Shown here: positions 41,288 to 55,143 of the stretch, one piece after another | Layout of the letters: each line of letters begins with the position of its first letter | Numbering within the stretch: position 1 is the first letter of the stretch | Assembly: GCA_965153355.1 (NCBI GenBank) | Contig: OZ231126.1 | Span: forward strand, 40,858,001 to 40,922,000 | Source of the DNA: Flaccisagitta enflata | Taxonomy: Eukaryota | Direction: 5' to 3' | Length of the DNA: 64,000 nt | Made by a program: the position numbers and the translations under genes | Notes under the pieces: generated by a model | What the model saw: the letters and a program-made list of their open reading frames with translations, nothing else | What the model was told of the DNA's origin: nothing | Database searches by the model: none

Positions 41288-42850
41288 TGTGAAGGTTGAA
41301 GAGTCATACTATTTTGGGGTGTGGAGCTGCCCTGACTGGCGGCTGGAAATTCATCCTGAGGGAAGACGCCTTTCCATACAGTCTCTTGAACCGCAGTCAG
41401 CTCGAGTGAACCATTGCTATGCAGAAGCCCGCAGTCCTTAATGGCTTTGACTGCATTTGCTGTGGTCTTCAAAACTAGCTCCGATTTGCTCACTCTGGGT
41501 TTTTTCAGTTCCACTTCCAGGTCTAGTACAGCCCTGGAAACAACCATGGATATGACTGGGGCCAGAGACTCCCAGATCTTCCCCATAGCTGCATCCAGGT
41601 CATTCTTAGACATTGAGTTGGAACTGACTACCCTTGCTAAAGTGGGCTGAGCTGAGTTTTTTGAAGCTGCTTTGAAGGCAGCGCAGTCTTTAGACCATGC
41701 CGGATGTGCTTCATTGCAGTTTGCACATTTCGCATGTTCTTTGTCTCTCTTTTGAAAATGAGGACACTCTTTGTGGAAATGGTCCTGTGAGCACCACAAG
41801 CAGGCACGCATTTCTTTGCATTGTGCCCGCTTGTGGTCAGGATTCCATTTCTGACAGTTGAAGCATTGGCTGATCGAATTGCCGGGGGCACTGCCATGGG
41901 GGCGTCTGACCTGATGTTCGGCACACTTATGGTGTTCCCATCCAAGATGGACGCCCTCACGTAGCACCCTCTTTTGAGTTTCCTCATCTTCAAAAGTTAT
42001 ACAAACTTTGTAGGTTTTGGTACCAGTTTCTTTGTGACAAAATCGGACTATATTGGTCAACTTGAGGCTATTTCTTTCCTCCAACTCTTGTTTGAGAGAG
42101 TCATCATCCAAGTCCGGATCTACACCGAGGATAATTGCCTTATATTCTACTTTCTTATTTTTAGATAAAGAAACTGTTAAGTTGCTACCAAAAGAGACAT
42201 GTTTAGTCCAATTTTCTTTCATAAGCCTAGAAAAGTCCTCGGGAGCAGTTGGACAGAGGATGACAATTCCGGTCTGGGTAATGATAACTTTATCTAAATC
42301 TATATTTGGCATTACTTTTGAGAATTCCCGTTTAAATATAATCCCATTTTTGACAAAATCTTTTTTAACCCCAGACAGAAATACCTTCTCAACCTCGCTA
42401 CCACTGGTACTTATCCTTGGTCGTTTTGAGTCCACGGCCGCCGTCGCTGCTGTGTGACCTCGTTTACGACTTGGAGTCAAATATGATCGAACAAAATTTC
42501 CGTTTGCGCCATTTGGTGGTGCCTCTGGACCGTCATCTGCCATCACCGTATCATCCAGTGTTTGAGCAGAGGAATATGACACCGCTGTGTCACCCGGGAG
42601 AGAGTCTGGGCTCAGACGAAGTTTTTTTGCCATCTTCAGCAGCATCATTTTTCGCTGGGTTTCGTTCAGACCATCCACGTCCGGGATGTCTGGAATCGGT
42701 GGCAACGAGTCATCGTCTTCACTGAGACTCTCAAATGCGTTTGACATTTGGAGGCCGCTGGAGGATGCCTCTGTATGCACCTCTCTCTGTCCTCCCGTCG
42801 TTTTTCCTTTGCCTTTGCCCTTGGCCATTTCGCCGACTGTAGGGGCTTGC

Positions 42851-42881
<31 letters not shown>

Positions 42882-43005
42882 GATCGTGCTCCTTGAAATC
42901 GAATCTAGTACCTTCTTCTAGCTCAGTGGCCAGTGGGTTTGGAGATGGAGGACGGTCTCGGCGAAAGAGTCGGGGCACAAACAGATTGTTGTTGTTGTTG
43001 GTCAT
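41284..43005 (-). CDS. ORF1: gag-like nucleic-acid-binding protein with three CCHC zinc knuckles (573 aa)
   Basis: CFNCQKWNPDHKRAQC, CLWCSQDHFHKEC and CANCNEAHPAWSKDC; N-terminal polyN/polyQ; directly upstream of APE-RT. Confidence 0.93.
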
Positions 43006-43926
43006 GAGGAGGTGAATAGCTGTCTCGAGTTATATTTGTTTAGACAGGCAATGTCATCTAGAGGGAATTGACTTGGCCCGCAGAATCGCTTCTTAACTAT
43101 TTTGTTTAATGAATCTATGTTTTGTTTTGTTTTTTGTTTTGTTTTTTGTATTGTATCACCCGAAGCTAGGTAAAGCAAACGGGGCCAAGACGCAACAAGG
43201 CAGAAAATGTTTGTTTGTTTTTTTCTCTCCGTTGATCTCGTCTTTGATGGAAGTACCAGCCACTTAGGCGTTTTTGTCTTTTCACATTGGATACTCAGAG
43301 TCAGAGTCTGAGGTTCGTGGTCGATTTATTTGGGAGTTTTTTTTTCTTTTTCACATAAAATCAGAGAGCATTCGTGTTCGTGTTCGTGACGATAATGATC
43401 AACGACATCGAGTCATAGATGAGTTTTGTGGACCAGTCAGAAATACGAGAGAAACGAGATAAGAGAGAACGAGACGGATTCTGCCCATTAATGAGTCAGT
43501 AACGTTTTGCCTTTGATGATCGGCCTCAATTATTTGGCCTTTTCGTCCGTAAACTCTGCGCTGCTCCGCCGATATCAAAAGCTGAGAGCCTGAGACGCTT
43601 TAAACAAGTGAAGTAGTAGAAATTATAATGGAGAGAGTCGCCACTGATGACTAGTGACTCACCTAGGTTTTTTAGGCCAGAAAGTTTGTAAACGCCGAGA
43701 AAGTACAAAATTGACCTAGAGACCGACGGGCGGACCCAAGACCAACAAAGCGGAAGACAGAGTTGTAAAAAGACTGATGAATCCAAGAGACACACAGACA
43801 CTGAGATACAAAGAGAAAGAGAGAAAGGATTGAAGCGGAAGTGAAGGCGGCAAAGTAGAAAGTATCGAAGTGTGGACTAGACCGGAAGCTTTTCCACCTC
43901 ACAGCCTTTAGTTTGCTCTAAAATAA

Positions 43927-43975
<49 letters not shown>

Positions 43976-45059
43976 TTTGCTCTACCTTCGATCTGATCAA
44001 ATCAACGTTTTCCGGTGTGAAAATAGGATTAATGGATGATTCGTGGCAAAACTGGTCCAATGCGTTTTGGACCGACCTGCGAAAGTTGAAACCGACTGAC
44101 TAACCAAGCAACCAACCAAACAACTGACTGACCCACCTACCGAATGACTGACATCATGAAAAATGGTGTCGTGTTCAAACAAACGGAGGATGGTGATAAC
44201 AGAGGGACAAATGGACAGAGCCAATGACAGATAAAAGAACATGAATTCATGCTGATTCATGGAAGATTCTATGTTTATTCATTATCCATTCTCCCTAGAG
44301 TGTATGAATAACTTATTTCAGGCTGAAGGGAAATCTAATTAATGCATAGAGATAAGTGGAGACCATTGAAACAAACACAAGAGGACAAAACATAAACGAG
44401 GCCGAACAAATGCACGCATCGTTATTTTAAGAGCTTCCTATCATATGAGTTATGACGCTCGTTTTTATGTCCTTTTATACAACCACATGCTCACTATACA
44501 TCAATAAAGGGACAACAGATATATCTCCCATTCAAGCATAAGGCAGAAAAGCCAATTGTTTTACTCATCATCTTCTAGTATTAACCTTATCTTGATTTTC
44601 TTATTCAATTCTTGAAGATCTAATAATACTTGTCATGTCCACTGATCCTGCAACACTTTTTTCTTGCGTGAAATGATTTCAAAAATTTCATTTTCATTTA
44701 AGTTTTCTTTCCCCCTGAAGAAGTCTATTGGTTCAATGCACAGAAATCATCCCAGGAATCAAGTCGTCCCCATCCCCGTTTTGTTGACATTCCACCTCCT
44801 CCCCTTTCACTTCCCCGGTTTCTGGCCTCCCTTTTCCTCCCTTATCTCCTTCTGTTTCTCCGCCCCCTTCAGTCTGCTGCTCCACGTTTTATCCCTGACT
44901 TTGGTGAGCAATTAGATTCTTGCACTTTGTCAGCAGCCTGAATGAAAGAGGAGAGAGAGGAACAGAGTGAGAGAGACAGAGAGACACGCTGACACAGTCG
45001 CAAACACAAACACACAGACGCACGCATACGCTAACGCGCGCGCACACACCCACACACAC

Positions 45060-45169
<110 letters not shown>

Positions 45170-45518
45170 ACACGCAGAAACCACTAGAAAAACACACAAA
45201 CATTCATATACATGCACTTCCGTGGACATACAATACACACAAAACCAGACAGTCAATAAGTCAAAGAGTCACAGAGCTAGAAAGCGAGAGGAGAAAGAGA
45301 TGTGTGAGGGCGTGCAGAAAGAACTTTATCGTCTTGTTTGAAGCCTCTGAGACCCAAAAAAGTGGGCTAAAATACTCTATCCGACTGAAAGGGTTTCTAT
45401 TTTTTCTCGCCTTTAACTTTTTTTCCTTTCAGAGATCAAGAGGGAGGATGGATAACAAGACCAAGCAGAAGATGGGACACCAGCAGGACCTCGATTTGGT
45501 GAGCAATAGTCAGAGAGT

Positions 45519-45585
<67 letters not shown>

Positions 45586-45593
45586 AGGACAGA

Positions 45594-48113
45594 GGACGCA
45601 TGACGAAAATGTCCAATCTACATTGTCCAAAATGGGAATGTCCAGCAACCAAAATGTCCAAAAAAAAAGGACATTTTTCAAGGTATATGTCCCCAGAGTA
45701 TTAATTTATTTCGACAAATTGTCAAACTTTGGACATATACCTCCATCCTTCACCAGTCTTGGAGAGTATCATTGTATTTCGACAAATTGTCCAATCTTGG
45801 ACAAATTCGTCCATTCTTTCTCAACCTCTATAGAGAAAAGAGAACATATCGAAAAATTGTCCAACTTTGGACAAATTCGTCCATTCTTTCTCAACTTCTA
45901 TAGAGTACGAGAATATTTTGTCAAATCGTCCAATTTTGAACAAATTCGACAATCCTTCCCCAGTCTTTATAGTATTAATCTAATTCGACAAATTGTCAAA
46001 CTCTGAACAAATTCGTCCTGCCTTCCCCAGTCTTTAGAGTATTAATGTATTTCGACAAAGTGTCCAACTTTGGACCGATTTGTCCATTCTTTCCGAACCT
46101 CTATAGAGTAAGAGAATAATTTGACAAGTTGTCCAATTTTGGACAAATTCGTCAATCCTGACTCAGTTAGAAAATATTTCCACAAGTTGTCCAATTTTTG
46201 ACAAATTTGTCCATCCTTCCCCAGTCTTTAGAGAACTAATTTATTTCGATTAAATATTCAAACTTTGGACAAATTCGTCCATTCTTCCCCAGTCTTTAGA
46301 GTATTTATTCATTTCGACAAATTGTCCAACTTTGGAAAAATTTGTCCAATCTTTCTTAACCTCTGTAGAGAAAAGAGAATATTTCGACAAATTGTCCAAT
46401 TTTGGACAAATTCGTCCATTCTTTCTCAACCTCTATAGAGAAAAGAAAAAATTTCCAAAAGGTTGTCCAATTTTGGAAAAATTTGTCCATCCTTCCCCAG
46501 TATTTAGAGTACTATTTCATTTTGACAAACTGTCAAACTTTTGGACAAATTCGTCCATCCTTCTCCAGTCTTTAGAGTATTAATGTTTTTCGACAAATTG
46601 TCCAACTTTGGACAAATTCGTCCATCCTTCCCCAAAATTTAAGTATTTATTCATTTCGACAAATTGTCCAACTTTGGACAAATTTGTCCATCCTTCCCCA
46701 GTCTTTAGAGTACTAATTCATTTCGACAAATTGTCAAACTTTGGACAAATTCGTCCATTCTTTCTCAACCTCTATAGAGAAAAGACAATATTTCGACAAA
46801 TTGTCCAATTTCGGACAGATTCGTCCATTCTTTCTCAATCTCTATAGAGAAAAGAAAATGTTTCCACAAGTTGTCCAATTTTGGACAAATTTGTCCGTCC
46901 TTCCCAAGTCGTTAGAGTATAAATCTATTTTGACAAATTGTCAAACTTTTGGACAAATTCGTCCATCCTTCTCCAGTCTTTAGAGTATTAATGTTTTTCG
47001 ACAAATTGTCCAAATTTGGACTAATTCGTCCATTTTTTCTCAACCTCTATAGAGAAAAGACAATATTCCGACAAATTATCCAATTTTGGACAAATTTGTC
47101 TATTCTTTCTCAATCTCTATAGAGAAAAGAAAATCTTTCCACAAGTTGTCCAATTTTGGACAAATTTGTCCATCCTTCCCCAGTCTTTAGAGTATAAATT
47201 TACTTTGACAAATTGTCAAACTTTTGGACAAATTCGTCCATCCTTCTCCAGTCTTTAGAGTAATAATGTTTTTCGACAAATTGTCCAACTTTGGACAAAT
47301 TCGTCCATTCTTTCTCAACCGCTATAGAGAAAAGATAATATTTCGACAAATTGTCCAATTTTGAACAAATTCGTCCATTCCTTCTCAATCTTTAGAGAAA
47401 AGAAAACGTTTCCACAAGTTGACAAATTTTGGACAAATTTGTCCATCCTTCCCCATTCTTTAGAGTATTAATGTATTTCGACAAATTGTCCAACTTTGGA
47501 CAAATTCGACCTTCCTTCTCCAGTCTTTAAAATAAGAGAGTATTTTGACAAGTTTGACAAAAAGGACGAACTTGACGAATTTGTCAATGTAGATATATCT
47601 TTCTATGAGGATCATAAAAGATGGTCGGACAAATATGACGAAAAGGACAAATTGGAAGAAATGGACAAATTTGTCAAAATGAATATTTTCTTGGTGAGCA
47701 TAGTAGAAGATGGACGGACGAAAATGACAAAAATGACGAAAATGACAAAAATGATGAAAATGATGAATTTGTCAAAACTAATATTTTTTTGGTGAGCATT
47801 GTAGAAGATGGATGGACAAAAATGACAAAAATGACGAAAATGACGAATTTGTCAAAAAAAGATATTTTCTAGGTGAGCATTGTGGAAGATGGATGGACAA
47901 AAATGACAAATAAGACGAATTGGACAAATTTGTCAAAATGGATATTTTCTTGGTGAGCACTGTAGAAGATAGATGGACGAAAATGACAAAAAGACAAGTT
48001 TTTCGAAATGCAACAAAGAGAAAACTGGTTTTGGACATTTTGGGAGTGGACATTTGGCATTTTGGACATTTTTCGAGTGGGACAAAACAGATTGGACATT
48101 TTCGTCGTCCACC
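45594..48113. mobile_element. Foldback/MULE-like non-autonomous element filled with ~63-bp tandem subrepeats
   Basis: IRs gacgaaaatgtccaatct / agattggacattttcgtc, a 7-8 bp flanking direct repeat ggacaga(g), and an internal array of ttcgacaaattgtccaactttggacaaattcgtccat units. Confidence 0.7.
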
Positions 48114-48117
48114 GGAC

Positions 48118-48255
<138 letters not shown>

Positions 48256-48895
48256 TCATTCGGGCTGGTTTGATGCCGAAGAGGACCAATCGGTGGTTCG
48301 AGGTTGGTTATTTCAGGCCCTACGAGTAACTAGCTTTTTCAAGCCCTGTAACATTTTAGATAATCCTCATTACAGGGCTGAGAGGCTTGAGATTTGAGGC
48401 TAGAGGTTCGAGAGGTACGTTGATTTCTTGATGTGCTTCGCTGAATCCTTCTTTCCCTCTAAAAGATGAAACTTACAAGTTCATTCCTAAAAAGTCCATG
48501 TGCATGGTGCAAAATGCTATCTTAATGGGAACCTTTTCAAGAGCCTGATTTAAGATCCTATTATTTCCTTGGTAAACTTCAATGGGGGGGGGGGGGGTCG
48601 CACAAGAACGATTCAACCAGCGTAATAAGAGGGCTGATAACTTTAAGACCTAGGACTAGGAGGGGGAGTAAGAGGCTTATGTGGGCTTATAAGAGGGGGG
48701 ACTGCCAAATCCGTCTAATCCTTTTAAATCATGAAAGATAACTTAGTATTTAATGGAAACTTTTTCGTCACATGGTCTAAAATACTCTATCTTTTTTCTT
48801 TTTCTTTTAGTGGCTGAGACAACAATTGCTGTGTTAAAGAAATTTATGTCGTCTTGTCTTGAAATAGATGAGTTAGTTACCAGAGACTCCATCGA

Positions 48896-48978
<83 letters not shown>

Positions 48979-51166
48979 AAAGGACGTGAACAAGAACATA
49001 ACTTTCGGGGTTGTCATCTTCCCGCAGAGCTCTTTAATATCGTTAGCCTATAGATCACTGCTTCTTTTGCACAGGCTGTCGAAGCTTTCATAAGCTGTAA
49101 CACCTGTCCCATTATAGTTGTCAAAGATGCACATGAATCGACACCAAGAAAAACAGTCACATGAAATTTTAATTGCAGATAGAAGTGTTTTCATGGTTTT
49201 ACTGCTGGTGCTTATTTGGCAAAAAATTTGGGACGGGTGTTAGCCCAATTTGAAATAGTATTTGATCTTTAAGATGGTCATATGGATAAGGGTGTTAGAA
49301 AACGATGACGCCAAAGAACACACTTATTCAGGGAATCAAGATTCTTGGATAATTGGAGATTGGTGACCCTTGTTTTCATCTAAAACAATGGTCGTAGACT
49401 CGTAGAGCAGATCGTGGTCCGCTGAAAAAAACACTGCCTTAATGGATGAAATGAAAACCATATCATTGGAGACACAAAAGATTGTTTTTTTTTCATTGCA
49501 TAAAAACGAAAAATTTCAAAACTTTTGGACTTTTTTTCTATAAGTTGTGTCAAATTTGCCAATTTGCAAAGAAAAGAGAAAGGATGACAGGAAGAGAGGA
49601 AGAGGCCCGGTTGTAAGAATCACTTTACGGCAAAAACTTCTGGCCCATACCCTACGAACACTGCCAAAAGTTGTTTTGATTTTCATACATTTCACTTTCT
49701 ATCAGAAAGTAATTTTAGAATCTACTCCTCTACACTCTCTTCAGGAAAAATTGCGTGGCTTCGATGGATGTAGACAGTTGTGTTGTGTTTACACACGAAA
49801 ATGAGTTTTAGGCCACGTTGGATTGGAAGAGAATCAATTTGATCAAACTGGTTTTACCTTCTGCGGCACATCATAAAGTTTAAGGAAAATGGAATGAACA
49901 TGATGAATATGAATTTCATAATTGGGAACTATTATCAGGCAGTAGAACTGTTAGCCACGGATACCAATGCGACGTTAAGGGAAGCTATACTCAGGATCGG
50001 AATCTGCAACTCAGCAGAAAAAAATGGTGGGAAATAATCGGATTTCACGTCTCATCAAAATCCGGGATCCAATTGCACGTGAATGGAAAGTTGATGAGCT
50101 TCTCAGAGCTGAAAAGTAGAAGCACTGCTGTCATCTTTCTTCTCAAATGATGCAGATTGAGACCTATAAGCTGACACGTGGGCGCACTGTGGTCATTTTT
50201 CATCTTAAATTATACAGAATGAGCACGGCTTTTGATTTCTTTCCCCCTCTGTCTTTAATTTTCTTTCCCATAGAGCATTGAAACTGTGTATATTAGGTTT
50301 AAATAGTGTTAAATAGTATTGTACTAATCAGGATTTATCATTCGGTACTGCCAAAATTGAAATTTTCCATAAATTTTCTTTTTTCCCCTGCCCCATTTCC
50401 AAACCCTTTGATTATGCAAGAATAAACACCCCTTAAAATATAGAAGCACTGTGGTCCACTCTCCTTTGAATTCATGCAGATTGAGCTCTCCAAGCTGTTA
50501 CATAAGAGAACTGAAGTCCACTTCCAATGAAGATTGAAGGTTAAACGAAAAGCACCGTGGTACTCTTCCATCTTCAGAGATGTAAATTTTTCTCCACAAG
50601 CTGAAACTTGGACACACCCTTCACGTTTACGAAGTACAATAGCTCCTCTGGGCAAAATTCATGAAATTATTAAGTCATGAGATTTAGTTTAGCCTAACAG
50701 AATTAAAAAATTCATACTTTTGTCATGATATATCATGGATTATGTTCTAGAGCCAAATGTTTTTGAAAAGCGCTAGTACACTTTTAAGAGCAGACATCCA
50801 TATCATGGATTTTGTCCATAATCAATTTTTCATTTCTGATGCCTGAAAGCTTGTTCTCTAACCCACGCCCACAAATCATGTAAATATCATCTTGATATGT
50901 CAGCTGCAAGTGTTTCAATCACATTCTTATTCATATCAACATTGCATTAGACTTTGTGTCTCCACTTCGTACTCACTCCATCCTTGCTTTACAACAGTAC
51001 AATATGAATTATTTTGCCATCATTTTCCTCATATTTATTGGAAGAGAGGATTTTGGACAATAAAATTTGCCAAATTAATCAAATATTTTGGTAGTGTGAA
51101 AGCCCTGTGGTCACCTGTGGTCCACTAGAATTGTGCAAATTAAGCACTCAAAAACAATACAACATA

Positions 51167-51499
51167 CCGTATTTCCTCTAATTAGCACCCGGGTTGCTTG
51201 CAAAATAGGAAAATAACACTGTCTGTTTCACCTTCTAATTAGCGCCCTCTCTTGCATGTCAGACAAAGGTAAAAATACTGAAAAACAAGGAAAAATGAAA
51301 GATTTTGAATACCAGAAGTGACTCAGTCAGTAAAATATTCACCATTTGTTAGAAAATTGGCAAAGGTACATGAAAATGCGGTATAAAACTGCATTTTTGT
51401 ACTTATTGTACAAAATAAGAGCATATTGAAGATAAGGGGTTTTTTTTCGAAAGAGGGGGGGCGCTAATTAGAGGGGGGCGCTAATTAGAGGAAATACGG
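51167..51499. mobile_element. Tc2/pogo-like MITE
   Basis: TA-ccgtatttcctctaattagc / gctaattagaggaaatacgg-TA. CCGTA termini resemble the Tc2 family; the ctaattag motif repeats subterminally. Confidence 0.88.
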
Positions 51500-51959
51500 T
51501 AATTGTTATTTTACTAACTTGATCAAAAGTTGTCCTCTTTTAATCAGAAGTCCAGAGAGTAGAGAAAAAGGGGATATTGACAGCCTCTGTCATTTTTTGT
51601 ACCATTTCAAACCAATGAAATAGTTTTGACTCATGCTGGTGGCCGTAAATTGTCAAAAAAGAAACATATTGAGCTTAAAGCTGTTGAAGCATCATTGTTT
51701 CGTTGAATTATTGTATCATTATTTCATACACTATATAAATGTTTTTGATAATGCTGCGTTTTTAACGGTCTCAATCCAACGTGTATAGAAACAAGCATGA
51801 TTAAATCTAACAGTATGGACCATTCTTGTGGCATCACTCATAAATGCATTTTGTTTGCGAGCATAGCTATTTTGTCTCTCTTATATACATCTTATGCAGA
51901 GAAAATTTCTGACATAGAAAAATAAACGCAGGCATCCACTTTCATCGAAACTATCACGC

Positions 51960-52226
<267 letters not shown>

Positions 52227-52842
52227 CAAACTGGGGATTTCCCTGCGACTTATCAGACTCCTCTTTGGTCATTGCATAGCTTTTTTTTTTCTCTCCCTTG
52301 CCTTATCTTCCTAATACCCTTTCACTCGACTTTTTTTCCTCTTCCACACAAGGGAAGATTCACACTTTTAGTCGCTTTCTGACCTCATCTTTAGAGGTTG
52401 CAGTGTATGTAATGCAATATTTGGGATGATGTTTCTTTTCTTTCACTAAATCGGAAGAGGAAGGTTTTTTATTCTTTGCAGTAAGCACAGCTCTCAAAAG
52501 TGAAAGCGATATGAATATTGTCACCAAATAAATTTTCTCTCTCTATCACTTTGGCAGCTGTCATTGGAGATACATGAGTTGTATCGTTGGAAGGTTGGAC
52601 TAGCCAGTTGCATGGAAAACGTATCATTATAATTTCACTGTGCATGGTCTCCAATTCTTTTCAGGCTGAACGTACAGTACCATAGGAGCAATGAGAACCT
52701 CAGATGGAGGGTCATTTCCTGCTTCACTATTCTAATGAAGTAGCTATGATTATGGTTTTTCTGAAAGCTGATGAGCAAGAGCATTGAGTGAATATAGTTT
52801 TATTCCTCTAGCTGTAGCTGTTGACCAAAAAGAAAAAAAGTG

Positions 52843-52934
52843 CAGCACCACTCAGGATTTGAACCTGTGACACTGAAGAGGGAGAAATTCTGTATCTCAA
52901 GTTCAACATTCTACCAACAGAGCTGTCGCACCAC
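52843..52934 (-). pseudogene. tRNA-derived fragment (SINE head or tRNA pseudogene)
   Basis: The minus strand has an A-box-like cagctctgttggtaga and a B-box-like ggttcaaatcc followed by a T-run. The acceptor stem does not pair. Confidence 0.5.
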
Positions 52935-53508
52935 ACACAATCTAAAAGTATCAATTGGCGGTTTTCTTATAAATCACTTGGTTTGGAATTTTGTGTTCAC
53001 TCAATACCTTGGACCATCAGCTTTCAGAAAAACCAAAGCTTTAGATACTTCCTTTAAACAGCAAGAATATAGAGGGCCCTCTTTCTACTGCTCTTATTGC
53101 TCCCATCGTACTGTATCTGTTGTCTCTTTCCACATTCAGAGTGGAAAGTGCTCCCTCAATTCTCTAGATCTATCAGCCATTCTATCCGTGTGTCTGTTTT
53201 GTACATTTGTCTCTTTATTTTCACTCATTATACCCTCATTCTTTTATGTTCTCACATTTTTTGGTACCATTCACCTGGGGAAACAAGCTGTCTTTTGAAT
53301 TTTTTGTCACTTGCATGCAACTCACAACCCACAATTGCTGTTGGATGGTCAGATTGGGATCGGGATTGTCTTTCGGTAACACTTTGCTCTTTAACATCTG
53401 TCGCATAATTATAGTCACAACATTAGAATACTTCATAAAAAATTTTTCACTATTGGTTTATTCTTGACAAAAAACTTTTGATTGATCAAATACTAGTATT
53501 CATTTACT

Positions 53509-53753
53509 AACAAGCCCGACCGGGCAACAATGCGTCCGGGCTGTGTCTCAGCGTGTATTGATCATGTGACAAATGTATGAAGAGACAGGTGGACAAACAG
53601 ACGGGTGAAAGGACTCTCAAAACATGTTGGTTGATCATTTGTTTCAGTGTAGGATCTCACCGTAGCCAAAAAGAGCTGAAAAACGCGGTTTTTGCACAGG
53701 AGTAACGGACCGACCGACGGACCGACGGACCAACGGACAGATGGCATCTAAAA
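53509..53753 (-). mobile_element. HINE-like family C element
   Basis: High similarity to 3635-3964. Confidence 0.75.
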
Positions 53754-54964
53754 AGAGAGTAATTTTGACCAAATTACCTTTATAGTATAGAAGTAAGACA
53801 CATTTATTGAGAATTTTGAAAAAAGGTAGTGATGGAAAATCTAGAGCTGTAATATTGTTTTATATCAATCTTCTGAGTTCTCTGGTGCCATTCTTGCAAA
53901 GATGAGACTTGCATGTATCAATACAATTTAGTATTTATTATTTCACTAAAGCTGTGGCATATTGATTGCTATCCAGTAAAAGTGATCAACACTAAAAACT
54001 TTTGATCAATTCTAAATATTCAGTTAAATATTGGTAAGAATCAGTTTTTTATTAGCTTTGTTATTTGAACCTATTTCTGTGGTTTAAAATGTCTCAAATA
54101 TTTTGAGCCTTCTTGATTCTCAAAAGAATGTCTCTTGGCTAACTCCTCTTCAAATTTCACAAAACTAGGTCAAAATTAAGTATAGTTTTTCCTCATTTAA
54201 AGTTGGACAATAATTATGCGACAGATGTTAGGTGTTTACGGTTGTATTTGCATTAATGCCTTGCCCGAATGCTTGGAAAGCCTTTTTCATCACTGCCCCT
54301 GCCCACTCGCACCCGACTTTGGTATTGTTTGCATGATGAGATGTCAAGAAAGTAAAGTCCCTAGCGAGCTGTCAACATATACATGGATTATTGATAGTTC
54401 CAGCTTACGGTAAATTCCTTTGCTTCTGTAAAGGAAAAATGACATTAGAATTATTGCTGAGTGAATGTTTCTGAGAATTCACTGGAAAGAATGGCAAATT
54501 AAATAATAAATATCATGACTACAAAAGCGTAATGTTGTTGGAGATCATGTTGTCTTCATCTGTTTTATCAATATCAAGGACATTTGTCAAGCCACGTGAA
54601 GAGAAAAGGAGAAAAACATCTCTCTCTCTTTCTCCCTGCATACATCTCTCTGGACATTGTGTAGCTCTCTTCATCTCAATTCTATTTTTTCCTCCCTGAA
54701 GCTGGCCCACAGATAGACTGATAGTATAAACATAGAGCAGAGATGAGGAGCACACTCCTCAACGAAGCAAACAAGCAGAGCCTCTGCTGTAAGGTATAAG
54801 AGTGATGAATGCGAGCAAATAGATGAGGTGCAATAACCATGCACAGATACTAACCCCAACCTGCCTGTATTGTCCTACTTATTGGTGAGTTTTTTTTCAC
54901 TTGCTTGAAACAATATTTTCTTAACAGATCTATAACAGATCTATATTCACTCCAAATAGAGAGC

Positions 54965-54989
54965 TGAGAGAGAGAGAGAGAGAGAGACA

Positions 54990-55073
<84 letters not shown>

Positions 55074-55090
55074 GACACACACACACACGC

Positions 55091-55140
<50 letters not shown>
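54965..55140. repeat. (GA)n-(CA)n microsatellite
   Basis: Direct inspection. Confidence 0.95.

Positions 55141-55143
<3 letters not shown>

Larger units (their letters stand above)
38169..43480 (-). mobile_element. Apparently full-length non-LTR retrotransposon (I group, Jockey/I-like; 5' boundary approximate)
   Basis: Two intact ORFs, a ~190-nt 3' UTR ending in (TCTG)n and a putative ~470-nt 5' UTR. No TSD found. Confidence 0.9.

Noticed and set aside
38889-42883. Plus-strand ORFs antisense to LINE ORF1 and ORF2
   Set aside because: Short shadow ORFs without recognisable motifs.
43635-43690. ctgatga...gaaa as a hammerhead ribozyme near the LINE 5' end
   Set aside because: The three helices could not be formed, and it is on the strand opposite the LINE transcript.
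43480-43972. LINE 5' end extending to the (GA)n at 43930, giving (GA)n on both flanks
   Set aside because: 43685-43775 looks like a decayed HINE fragment and that (GA)n has its own 12-bp direct repeat, so the extension is unsupported.
45700-47530. CRISPR-like regular palindromic repeats
   Set aside because: The intervening sequences are themselves repeated rather than unique spacers, there are no cas genes, and the context is a eukaryotic TIR element.
52843-52934. Functional tRNA gene
   Set aside because: The acceptor stem and anticodon arm do not pair.
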